Positions 30,261-39,689 of a DNA stretch of 64,000 bases are shown piece after piece. The stretch spans positions 128,001-192,000 of the forward strand of contig CAWBOS010000006.1 of assembly GCA_963790475.1 (NCBI GenBank). Direction: 5' to 3'. The stretch's first letter is position 1; every line of letters begins with the position of its first letter. The position numbers and the translations under genes were made by a program. The notes under the pieces were generated by a model. The model made no database searches, was not told the DNA's origin, and saw only the letters and a program-made list of their open reading frames with translations. Source of the stretch: an uncultured delta proteobacterium (GTDB taxonomy: Bacteria; Desulfobacterota; RBG-13-43-22).

Positions 30261-33200
30261 GTGGAAAAAGAACAAATTGAACAGCTTGGTAAAAGTTTGG
30301 TGGACAGTAATTTTGGGGATGTTATGGTTGTCGGCGGAGGGATCAGCGGTATTCAAGCCTCTCTTGACCTGGCTACTGCCGGTTTTAAGGTTTATCTGGT
30401 TGAGAAGTCACCGGCCATTGGCGGCCATATGGCCCAGCTTGACAAGACCTTTCCTACCAATGACTGCTCCATGTGAATCCTCGCGCCCAAACTGGTCGAG
30501 GTCGGCCGGAATCCCAATATAGAGGTCCTGACTTACACTGAAGTGGACCATGTAGCAGGGGAAGCTGGAAACTTCAAGGTAACCCTGATTAAGAAGCCCA
30601 GATATATTGTTGAGAGCAAGTGCACGGGCTGTACCACCTGCGTAGAATACTGCCCGGTTAAATATCCTGATCCGTTTAATCAGGAAATATCAAAGAATAA
30701 AGCCGTCCATATTTACTTCGCTCAAGCTATTCCCCTGATCACTTATATTGATGAGAGCTGTCTTTACCTTAAAGAGAAGAAATGTCGTATTTGCGAAGCA
30801 GTCTGTAAGAATAAAGCCATAGATTTGAATCAAACGACGGAGAAGATAGAAATCAATATTGGGGCGATCATTCTGTCGCCCGGCCTTGAGCCCTTTGATC
30901 CTAAAGTGAGGGAGGAATATGGCTACGGAAAGATGCAGAACATCGTAACCAGTATGGACTATGAACGGCTGTTATGCGCCACCGGGCCATACGAAGGTGA
31001 AATACTGCGTGCTTCCGACCTGAAACATCCCCATAATATAGCCTGGATTCAATGCGTCGGTTCCAGACGGGTTACCCCTGGGGATAAAAGCTATTGTTCG
31101 GCCGTTTGCTGCACCTATACCCAGAAACAGGTCATTTTAACCAAAGAACATGATGCCGAGGCCGAGTGTACCATATTCCATAACGATATACGTTCCTACG
31201 GGAAGGATTTTGAGCGGTTCTACCAGAGGGCAGAGAAACTTCCTGGTGTTCGATTTATCCGAAGCTTCACCTCGATTGCCAAAGAGAACCCGGAAACCAA
31301 GAATGTGTCCATCCGGTATTCTTCTCCCGAGGGTGGGGTAAGAGAGGAAGAATTCGATTTGGTGGTATTATCCGTGGGCTTGAATCCACCTCCTGATTTT
31401 AAGGGCCTGGCCGATAAGTTCGGCATCGAACTCAATGCCCATGGATTCTGTAAAATCAATCCGGTTAATCCCATGGAAACCTCCCGTGCGGGAATTTTTG
31501 TCAGCGGAGCCTTCCAGGGTCCAACCGATATTCCCGAATCGGTTTTTAGCGCCAGCGGAGCCGGCTCCCAATGCGGAGAACTCCTTGGCTACCGGCGAGG
31601 GAAGCTGGCCAAAGAGAGAGTCTATCCGCCGGAAAGGGATGTCTCCAAAGAGGAGCCAAGGATAGGAGTCTTTGTTTGCCATTGCGGGGCTAATATCGGA
31701 AGAGTAGTCAGTGTTCCTTCCACGGTTGAATATGCCTTAACCTTACCTCATGTGGTCCACGCTCAGGAACAGCTATTTTCATGCGCTACAAATTGTGCCA
31801 AGGAAATAACCGACCTGACCAAGGAAAAAGGGCTCAATCGAGTGGTGGTGGCCGCCTGCAGCCCCAGAACCCTTGAACCGTTATTCAGGGATACCCTTCG
31901 GGAGGCGGGAATTAATCAATACTACTACGACATGGCGAATATCAGGGAACATTGTTCCTGGGTCCATTCTAAAGAAAAGGAAGAAGCCACCCAAAAGGCA
32001 AAGGATATAATCCGGATGTCGGTAGCCCGTGCTAGCCATTTGGAGCCATTACAGGAATTTGATCTGCCGGTCAACAAGTCGGCCTTGGTGGTTGGTGGAG
32101 GTATAGCCGGCATGACTTGTGCTCTCTCCATAGCCGAGCAGGGACATGAAGTTTACTTAGTGGAAAAGGATCCAGACCTGGGAGGAATGGCCCGAAGAAT
32201 TCATTACACCCTGGAAGGGCTGGATGTTCAGGCCTACTTGCATGATCTGGTGCGCAAGGTTTATCAGCATCCCTTGATACATGTATATACTCAGGCTACC
32301 ATCACGGAGGCCACCGGTTATGTCGGGAATTTCGTAACCAGGGTAAAGTCTGAAGGAAGAGTCACAGAGATAAAACATGGTGCAGCCGTCATCGCTACCG
32401 GGGCTGATGAATATAAGCCCTTCGAATACCTTTATGGACAAGATGACCGAGTGATGACCGGTCTGGAGCTGGAAGAGCAGATCGCCAAAGGAGATGAAAA
32501 GGTAATCAAGGCAGAAAGCCTGGTGATGATCCAATGTGTAGGCTGCAGAAATGATGACAGAAATTACTGCGCCCGGATATGTTGCAGCCAGTCTATAAAG
32601 AACGCCCTGAAACTTAAAGAGATGAATCCCCGGATGGATATATACATCCTCTTCCGGGATATGAGAACCTACGGATTCAAAGAGGACTATTACCGGGAAG
32701 CGGCCAATAAAGATGTCAAGTTCATCCGCTATGAACCGCAGGAGAAACCTCAGGTGGAAGCCGTTGAGGAGGCGGGTCGGCGGATCTTAAGGGTTACCGT
32801 GACCGATCCAATTTTGGGGAAGAAGCTGGCTATCAAGGCCGATTTCCTCTCTTTGGCCGCTGCTGTTATTTCCCCGGCAGGAAACAAGGAAGTATCTCAA
32901 TTATTCAAGGTCTCTTTGGGACCGGATGATTTTTTCAAAGAAGCCCACGTCAAATTAAGACCGGTTGAGTTTGCCGCGGATGGCGTTTATCTGTGTGGAA
33001 CGGCTCACTATCCCAAGCATATCCCGGAAGCGGTTAACCAGGCCTATGGAGCTGCAGGGCGGGTCTTAAGCCTTCTCTCGCAGGATACGGTCATCGCCTC
33101 CGGCTCTGTTTGCGATGTGGAGGAGAGGAAGTGTATGGGGTGTGGAGCTTGTATCTCGGCCTGTTCCTACGGTGCCATAGAGTTTCGTGAGACAAAACAA

Positions 33201-33335
33201 GGTAAAAAGGCCGGGGTTAATCCCATCCTCTGTAAAGGGGATGGCCTCTGTAACGCCAAGTGTCCCACCGGAGCTATAAAACTGAAGCACTTTACCGATG
33301 AAGAGATCTTAAGCCAAATCGACGCAGCGGCATGA
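30261..33335 (+). CDS. bamE: HdrA-like flavo-Fe-S protein, selenoprotein (UGA at 30474-30476, codon 72)
   Basis: ORFs 30261..30476 and 30543..33335 are in the same frame; reading through gives [28 protein letters not shown] (HdrA CxxC position); two GGGI[S/A]G FAD folds, [22 protein letters not shown]. Confidence 0.9.
30492..30509 (+). promoter_or_regulatory. putative bacterial SECIS element of bamE
   Basis: CTGGTCG-AGGT-CGGCCGG hairpin (G-U pairs allowed) starting 15 nt after UGA, G-rich apical loop. Confidence 0.7.
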
Positions 33336-33410
33336 TAAAGGACAAGGTAAAAGGTATAAGGTTCAAGGTCCAAGGTAAAACCGTATACCGTAAACCTTGC
33401 ACCTTAGACC
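33336..33410. repeat. heptamer-periodic palindrome (AAGGT/ACCTT family)
   Basis: CAAGGTA AAAGGTA TAAGGTT CAAGGTC CAAGGTA then ACCGTAT ACCGTAA ACCTTGC ACCTTAG. Confidence 0.7.
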
Positions 33411-33450
33411 GATTAGAAGCCTGTTTTCGTATCGAAGAGGTGAAATAAGC

Positions 33451-34305
33451 ATGAGCTCAGGACCGAAATTCAAGCCCAAAATATTAGGTTTTGTATGTCA
33501 TTGGTGAGCGTACGGCGCTGCTGACCTGGCTGGAGTTTCCAGACTGCAATATACCACTGAAATCAAACTGATTCGCGTCATGTGTTCCGGTAGAGTCGAC
33601 CTGGAATTTGTGCTCCGGGCTTTCTCAAATGGAATGGATGGGGTGATTATCGGGGGTTGCCGTTTGAACGAATGCAATTATGTCACTCATGGAAATTACC
33701 ATGCGCTGAATATGGTGCTTCTATGTAGAAAAATAATGGAACACATAGGATTGAACCCGGAAAGGTTAAGTATTGAATTTATGTCTGCCGGTGAAGGAAT
33801 CCTTTTCGCCGAAGTTATGAATGGGTTTGGCGATAAGGTGAAAAAGATAGGGCCCCTTGGCAAGAGCGAAGGAATAGAGGAAATTGAACTAAAGACCAGA
33901 CTTAAAGAAGTTACCAAGTTAATCCCCTACATTAAGCTGGTCAAAAAGGAAAAACTGGCATCGCGTCTTGAGAAACCGGAAGAATATGAGAAGCTTTTCT
34001 CCATAGATGAAATAGACCAGTTATTCAGCGACATAATATCATACTCTATTGATCCGGATAAGTGCCGGGCCTGTATGATTTGCCTCAGGAAATGTCCTGT
34101 AGAGGCAATTGCCGGCGGCAAGAACCTGATCCATGTCATTGACCAGGAGAAGTGCATAAAATGCGGAACTTGTTTTGAGGCTTGCCCCCCAAGATTTGGT
34201 GCGGTGAAGAAGATTACCGGTGAGCCTGTTCCACCTCCCATTCCAGAGGAAAAGAGAATTATTGTTAGAACGAATAAAGAAAGATCCGAGGAATCCCTAC
34301 ATTGA
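33451..34305 (+). CDS. bamF: MvhD-like [2Fe-2S] selenoprotein with C-terminal 2x[4Fe-4S] domain (UGA at 33505-33507, codon 19)
   Basis: ATG 33451 after GAGGTG: MSSGPKFKPKILGFVCHW-U-AYGAADLAGVSRLQY..., in frame with ORF 33580..34305 (MCSGRVD, GCRLNECNY, CRACMICLRKCP, CIKCGTCFEACP). Confidence 0.9.
33519..33548 (+). promoter_or_regulatory. putative SECIS element of bamF
   Basis: CTGGA-GTT-TCCAG apical hairpin at 33530-33542 downstream of UGA, weak lower stem. Confidence 0.6.
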
Positions 34306-34440
34306 CGTCGTTCATAGCACACTCTAAAAATTCATTATTGCCTTGAGCATCCATCCAACTAATCATGGTCCAACCATCTCCTAAGTCAGTTTTCATAATC
34401 TCTATGTCCCATGTCATTTTTATTTATTGGAGGTTAGAGA

Positions 34441-35208
34441 ATGATTACCGCGGGGTTAGATATTGGCGCTAAGACCATTAAGGTTGTCATTTTAAATGAT
34501 GATAATATCATGGGGCAGACCCTGGTCATGGCCGGGTATGATGTACAGAAGTCCTTAAAGAAGGTCTGGGAGGAATCATTGCTCAAGGCCGGGATTCAGA
34601 AGAACCAGATAGACCGAATCGTGGCCACCGGCGCCGGCAGGAAAAAGGCCGTGGTGGCCCGGGAGCAGGTTACCGAGATTTCGGCAGCGGCCAAGGGTGC
34701 GATCTTTTTAAACGATCAGGTAAGAACGGTGATCGATGTCGGGGCCGAGGAGGGACGAGCCATTAAGTTCAATTCTACCGGTAAGGTGGTCGATTTTGCT
34801 ATTAATGAAAAATGCGCTGCCGGTACCGGGGCCTTCATTGAGGCCATGGCCCGGGCCCTGGAGGTCACACTGGAAGAGCTTGGCCCTATTTCCTTAAAAG
34901 CCACCCGGGCCGTGGCCATGAACGCTCAGTGTGCCGTTTTTGCCGAATCGGAGATAGTATCTTTAGTTCATGCCAAGACCCCCAAACCGGATATGGCCCG
35001 GGCAGTCCATGATGCCATAGCCGATCGGATCGCTTCCATGGCCCGAAGGGTAGGCTTGGAAAAGGAAATTATGCTCATTGGAGGCTTGGCCCGAAATGTG
35101 GGATTTGCAGCATCATTGAAAAGAGAGCTGGAAAGCGATATCATCATTCCGGAAAATCCGGAATTTGTCAGTGCCCTGGGTGCGGCCTTGGCGGCTGCGG
35201 GGAAATAA
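34441..35208 (+). CDS. bzdP: class I benzoyl-CoA reductase ATPase/activase subunit, Bzd-type P
   Basis: ASKHA activase motifs GLDIGAKTIK, ATGAGR, DVGAEEGRA, FAINEKCAAGTG, MNAQCAVFAESE. Confidence 0.75.
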   Translation: MITAGLDIGAKTIKVVILNDDNIMGQTLVMAGYDVQKSLKKVWEESLLKAGIQKNQIDRIVATGAGRKKAVVAREQVTEISAAAKGAIFLNDQVRTVIDVGAEEGRAIKFNSTGKVVDFAINEKCAAGTGAFIEAMARALEVTLEELGPISLKATRAVAMNAQCAVFAESEIVSLVHAKTPKPDMARAVHDAIADRIASMARRVGLEKEIMLIGGLARNVGFAASLKRELESDIIIPENPEFVSALGAALAAAGK

Positions 35209-35220
35209 ATTCGAGTACAA

Positions 35221-35290
35221 GAAGGTATAAGGTCCACGGTATAAGGTTTTCCTTTGGACCTTATACCTTAAACCTTGAACCTCAAACCTT
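35221..35290. repeat. heptamer-periodic palindrome (AAGGT/ACCTT family)
   Basis: AAGGTATAAGGTCCA is the reverse complement of TGGACCTTATACCTT; further AACCTTG AACCTCA AACCTT units. Confidence 0.75.
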
Positions 35291-35363
35291 TCTCTGACAA
35301 TATCATCACATTACCGGGAGCTTTTGTTAGCTTTCATTGGAGTTGAGATACGGGGAGAAATGG

Positions 35364-36227
35364 ATGGCTGAAGAATTCTGGAGATGGACGGAATCCCGGT
35401 GGACCGCACCGGATAAGGATTGGAATTCGGCCAAGATTATAACCGCCGGAGTGGATGTCGGTTCGGTGAGTTCACAGGCCGTTATTATGACCGACGGAGA
35501 ATTATATGCCTACAGCAATATGAGAACCGGTTCGGACAGCCCGAACAGCGCCATTAAGGCCATGAACAGGGCCTTGGAAGGAACCGGACTGACCTTGGAA
35601 AAAGTCCAATATATCGTCGGTACCGGCTACGGCCGGGTTAATGTCCCTTTTTCACAGCGGGCCATTACTGAGATTGCCTGCCACGGACGGGGGGCCAATT
35701 TTTTGTACGGTCCGACCGTGCGGACCGTTTTGGATATGGGGGGGCAGGATTGCAAGGCCATTCATATCGATGAAAAAGGAAAGGTCACCAATTTTCTAAT
35801 GAACGACAAATGTGCTGCCGGAACCGGACGGGGTCTGGAGGTCTTTGCCGATCTACTGGGGGTCTCGATCAATGAAATCGGAGAGCTTTCCCTGAAAGTA
35901 GAAGAAGAACCCCCCTCAGTGAGCAGCACCTGTGTGGTCTTTGCCAAATCAGAAGCCTCGGGATTATTACGGGAAGGCTGGCCAAAAGAAAGGGTCATCG
36001 CCGCTTACAGTTCGGCCATGGCCCATCGGGTGTTCACGCTGCTGGAACGGATCGGGATAGAGCCTGATTTTGCCATCACCGGAGGAATCGCCAAGAATAT
36101 AGGCGTGGTTTCCCGGCTGGAAAAGGAATTGAAGCTCAAGGCCTTAAGGCCAAAGTTTGACACCCAGATCGCCGGCGCGGTCGGGGCGGCACTGCTTGCC
36201 AAGGACCTGGCGGAAAAGGGGAAGTAA
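35364..36227 (+). CDS. bzdQ: class I benzoyl-CoA reductase ATPase/activase subunit, Bzd-type Q
   Basis: N-terminal EFWRW extension, TAGVDVGSVSSQAV, MRTGSDSP, GTGYGRVNVPF, DMGGQDCKAIH, NDKCAAGTGRG, STCVVFAKSE. Confidence 0.85.
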   Translation: MAEEFWRWTESRWTAPDKDWNSAKIITAGVDVGSVSSQAVIMTDGELYAYSNMRTGSDSPNSAIKAMNRALEGTGLTLEKVQYIVGTGYGRVNVPFSQRAITEIACHGRGANFLYGPTVRTVLDMGGQDCKAIHIDEKGKVTNFLMNDKCAAGTGRGLEVFADLLGVSINEIGELSLKVEEEPPSVSSTCVVFAKSEASGLLREGWPKERVIAAYSSAMAHRVFTLLERIGIEPDFAITGGIAKNIGVVSRLEKELKLKALRPKFDTQIAGAVGAALLAKDLAEKGK

Positions 36228-36233
36228 TAAATA

Positions 36234-36329
36234 AAAGGTGCAAGGTATAAGGTTTAAGGTCCAAGGAAAAACCTTTGGTGCGTGTTCTTAGGTGTCTTTC
36301 CTTATACCTTGAACCGTAAACCTAATACC
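36234..36329. repeat. heptamer-periodic palindrome (AAGGT/ACCTT family)
   Basis: AAGGTGC AAGGTAT AAGGTTT AAGGTCC AAGG ... CCTTATA CCTTGAA CCGTAAA CCTAATA CC. Confidence 0.72.
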
Positions 36330-36341
36330 CGAGGTTACATT

Positions 36342-36512
36342 TTGATTGCCAATTTCGAATACAATGACGGTTCAGGAGAGTTTTTTATCAGTATTGATAC
36401 GGATCGATGTAGCGGTTGCGGGGACTGCGTCTGCCTTGTGTGGGAATTTGTAATCGGTATCTTGAATCTTGCCTTTGACACGATACTCCGAACTCCGAAC
36501 TATTTACCCTGA
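36342..36512 (+). pseudogene. truncated BzdM-like ferredoxin
   Basis: GAGG SD, TTG start: IANFEYNDGSGEFFISIDTDRCSGCGDCV; the expected CP and second cluster are missing and the frame runs into repeat-like sequence. Confidence 0.6.
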
Positions 36513-36540
36513 ACTTTGACCTTTGACAGGGAAATTCATA

Positions 36541-36759
36541 ATGAACCGACACGATCAATTAACCTCGCAAGGCTGGACCAAACGATTCACCGCCGATGAG
36601 CCGCGTCTGTCGGAGGCAGTGGAAGAATATCAGGGATTGGGATTTGAGGTCCTTGTGGAGCCGATGGATCCCCGGGAAATGACCGGAAAATGCACCTCCT
36701 GTCTCTTGGCCTCTTCCGACCGATACAAAACCATTTATATCCGCCGAAAAAAATATTAA
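36541..36759 (+). CDS. small hypothetical protein with CxxC
   Basis: GWTKRFTADEPRLSEAVEEYQGLGFEV...CTSC...TIYIR. Confidence 0.7.
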   Translation: MNRHDQLTSQGWTKRFTADEPRLSEAVEEYQGLGFEVLVEPMDPREMTGKCTSCLLASSDRYKTIYIRRKKY

Positions 36760-36901
36760 CCACTTAACTCCTTTATTCCTCCCTTCGGCTGCCGGTAGCT
36801 ACAAAAAAATACACGTTAGAACACCTTGCAGAAGCCCATTCTTTCTAGAACAGGTCAGTCCATCCTTTGGCGGGATTGCCAGACAATTGGGTGAAATCAA
36901 T

Positions 36902-36935
36902 AGAGGTCAGCCCCGCCCCGGTGGGGCCGACCTCT
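36902..36935. terminator. GC-rich hairpin at the end of the bam/bzd cluster
   Basis: AGAGGTCAGCCCCGC-CCCG-GTGGGGCCGACCTCT; U-tract weak. Confidence 0.45.
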
Positions 36936-37060
36936 TAAATGTGAAATTCATATTATCTGGATTTTTTAAAGAAACCCCCTTTTTATTCAAATACATTTAA
37001 GTGGGATGGGCGATAGACCGATGAAAAAACTGGTTCCATTAGATTATTACAAAAATCCTG

Positions 37061-37089
37061 TTGACATCTATTCTTTTTATGAATAATAT
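37061..37089 (+). promoter_or_regulatory. sigma70-like promoter
   Basis: TTGACA-17nt-TAATAT upstream of the histidine kinase gene. Confidence 0.55.
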
Positions 37090-37115
37090 CAAATAGTATC
37101 TGAAAAACAGAAGGT

Positions 37116-38258
37116 ATGTCTGTTTTGGAAAGGACCGAAACCCGAGTTCTTCTACCGATGTCCTTAAAACCAATAATAATTGTTGATCCGGATCGGGATT
37201 TTGCCAAAACGACCGAGAGATTTCTATTGTCTCACGGTTTTAAGGTAGCCCTGGCCTATACCGGAAACCAGGCCATTAAGAGGGTATCATCAGGGTCCCC
37301 TCTTCTAGCCCTTCTTTCCCTGAAATTACCTGATATGGAGGGAGAAGTCTTATTAAAAAAAATCAACGAATTTGCTCCTCAATTAGTTATTATTCTCACC
37401 GATTTTGGGAAAGAAGATATCACAGACTTAATGAAATATGGGGTCATTGATTTTTTCCCCAAGCCTATCGATGAGAATACCCTTTTACAGGCCATTAATA
37501 AAGTCCCCACGGTTATCAATCCTATTTCAAATGGTCCGGATAGCGAAGGGGTTTCTGTATTGGCCCAATTTTTTCCTTTTCTAGTCCATGAGCTCCGCAA
37601 TCCTCTTCAAGCCATCGGGGGGGCCCTCACCATTATTGAAAAACGCTCCAGTTTGGAAGATAAACCCCTGGCCCAATCTCTTGGCATTATCAAAGAAGAG
37701 GTCCAACATCTCAGTGGTTTTGTCCAGAAATGTTTGGATTTTGTCCGCCCGCTCAATAGAGATTTTTGTATAGAAACCGACCTTAATGAAATGATCAGGC
37801 TGTGTATAAAAATGACAACCTATATGTTTCCGGAGGCCTCAAGTGCCGTTAAAGTTATCACAGGTCTCGATCCCGACCTACCGAAGGTCTATGCCAACTA
37901 TGAAGAAATAAAACAGGTTTTGTTAAATTTATTGAAAAATGGTTTTGAAGCCATGAATCAAAGTTCAACAAAAGAGTTGACCGTAAAAACCGTCAGCAAG
38001 GTCCTTCGTAATACGGGATGGGTGGAAATTATTATCAGCGATACCGGTTTGGGGATTAAAAACGAAAATTTGAAACTGATCGGCACGCCATTCTTCACGA
38101 CAAAAATTAGAGGGACCGGGTTGGGAATAGCGGTCTGCCATAGGATTATTGTCGATCGACACAAGGGAAAGATATTGATTGAAAGTGAAGAGGGCATGGG
38201 AACAACGGTTACCATTAAATTGTCGGTTAACCCCAGGCGGGAGGAAAGGGACCTATGA
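37116..38258 (+). CDS. receiver-like domain + histidine kinase
   Basis: H-box HELRNPL, N-box QVLLNLLKNG, DTGLGI, PFFTTK, GTGLG; N-terminal REC-like fold (start may be 37158). Confidence 0.9.
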   Translation: MSVLERTETRVLLPMSLKPIIIVDPDRDFAKTTERFLLSHGFKVALAYTGNQAIKRVSSGSPLLALLSLKLPDMEGEVLLKKINEFAPQLVIILTDFGKEDITDLMKYGVIDFFPKPIDENTLLQAINKVPTVINPISNGPDSEGVSVLAQFFPFLVHELRNPLQAIGGALTIIEKRSSLEDKPLAQSLGIIKEEVQHLSGFVQKCLDFVRPLNRDFCIETDLNEMIRLCIKMTTYMFPEASSAVKVITGLDPDLPKVYANYEEIKQVLLNLLKNGFEAMNQSSTKELTVKTVSKVLRNTGWVEIIISDTGLGIKNENLKLIGTPFFTTKIRGTGLGIAVCHRIIVDRHKGKILIESEEGMGTTVTIKLSVNPRREERDL

Positions 38259-39640
38259 CCGATCCATCCATCCTGGTGGTCGATGATGAACCGAATGCAC
38301 TTTTTACCGTCTCCCAAATGTTAATTGATGAGGGATATAAGGTAATCTCCGCCTCCAGCGGCCAAGAAGCCTTAGGGATTTTCAAAAAAAACCTAATCGA
38401 CCTGGTGGTTTCGGATGTTAAAATGCCGGATTTCAGCGGCATCGATCTTCTGGGTGACCTGAAACGGGTCAATCAGGATATTCCGGTTATTCTCATGACG
38501 GCCTATGGTTCGATTTCCATGGCCGTGGAAGCGTTAAGGCAAGGGGCCTACTACTTCTTCGAAAAGCCCATCTTTAATAATGAAGACAAATTTCTGGCCA
38601 TTATTCGCCAGGCCTTAAAAACCCAACAGTTAGAAAAAGAACTGACGGATCTTCGTAAGGAAGTTATCGAGAAATATTCCTTCCCTAATATTATCGGTGA
38701 CGACCCTAAAATGATTAAAATCTTCGAGTTTATCGGAAGAATATGCCGGACGGATAAGACCGTTCTTGTACAGGGAGAGAGTGGAACAGGAAAAGATCTG
38801 ATCGCCAAAAGCATTCATTTCAACAGCCCGAGAAGAAACAAGCCGTTGATTACAGTCAATTGTGGTACCTTGACCGAGACCCTTTTATCCAGCGAACTAT
38901 TCGGGCATTCCCGGGGCGCTTTTACGGGAGCCATAAAAGATACCATGGGGCGGTTTCAAGCCGCAGACGGGGGGACCTTGGTTTTGGAAGAAATGGGGGA
39001 GGTACCTCTAAACTCCCAAAAAGTTTTTTTAAGGGTCCTGGAAGAGAAAAAGTTGGAACCGGTAGGGAGTAATCAAACCAGAAAAGTGGATGTTCGCATC
39101 ATTGTCACCACCAATCGAAATCTACAGGAAGAAGTGCTAAAAGGAAATTTTCGAAAGGATCTTTATTATCGATTAAGCATTCTTTCTTTGACTATTCCCC
39201 CTTTACGGGACCGAATCTCAGATCTTCCCCTTTTAGTCGATTATTTCTTGAAAAAATTTCAGGAAGGGAGGACCCCTTTCAAGATAGAGCCGGGGGTTCT
39301 TGAATATCTGAAAACCCTTTCCTGGCCTGGAAATATAAGGGAATTAGCCAATGTTATCCAACACATGATAACTTTTTGTATTGGAAATAAAATTACCATG
39401 AATGACCTTCCTCCTTCTCTCTTCCCTTTGGAAAAAGAGGTAAAAGACGAAACCAAAGAAGAAATAGATTTGCCTAAACTGGTTTCTGATCTGGAAAAAA
39501 AATGGATTATTAAAAAATTAGAAGAAAGCGATTGGAATAAAGAAAAATCTAGAAAACTGCTTGGTATTACACGAAGGATGCTTATTGACCGAATAAAAAA
39601 ATATGATATCTCCATGCCTTCCGAAATCCTTGAGAGTTAA
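38255..39640 (+). CDS. NtrC-family sigma54-dependent response regulator
   Basis: [43 protein letters not shown]-terminal HTH. Confidence 0.93.
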   Translation: MTDPSILVVDDEPNALFTVSQMLIDEGYKVISASSGQEALGIFKKNLIDLVVSDVKMPDFSGIDLLGDLKRVNQDIPVILMTAYGSISMAVEALRQGAYYFFEKPIFNNEDKFLAIIRQALKTQQLEKELTDLRKEVIEKYSFPNIIGDDPKMIKIFEFIGRICRTDKTVLVQGESGTGKDLIAKSIHFNSPRRNKPLITVNCGTLTETLLSSELFGHSRGAFTGAIKDTMGRFQAADGGTLVLEEMGEVPLNSQKVFLRVLEEKKLEPVGSNQTRKVDVRIIVTTNRNLQEEVLKGNFRKDLYYRLSILSLTIPPLRDRISDLPLLVDYFLKKFQEGRTPFKIEPGVLEYLKTLSWPGNIRELANVIQHMITFCIGNKITMNDLPPSLFPLEKEVKDETKEEIDLPKLVSDLEKKWIIKKLEESDWNKEKSRKLLGITRRMLIDRIKKYDISMPSEILES

Positions 39641-39689
39641 TCTTGGATTAAATTATTTAAAGGATGACCCTTATAATTAAGGGGAGGAT

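Noticed and set aside
30261-30476. Separate 71-aa gene or nonsense pseudogene of hdrA
   Set aside because: The stop is UGA at a conserved Cys position, in frame with the rest and followed by a SECIS-like hairpin; Sec recoding fits better
34441-36227. 2-hydroxyacyl-CoA dehydratase activator (HgdC-type homodimer)
   Set aside because: Two different paralogues in tandem, the FWRW N-terminal extension and the following bzdM-like stub match the Bzd P/Q pair; no dehydratase genes adjacent
36282-36341. N-terminal part of ORF 36282..36512
   Set aside because: Translates the heptamer repeat; the real start is more likely TTG 36342 after GAGG
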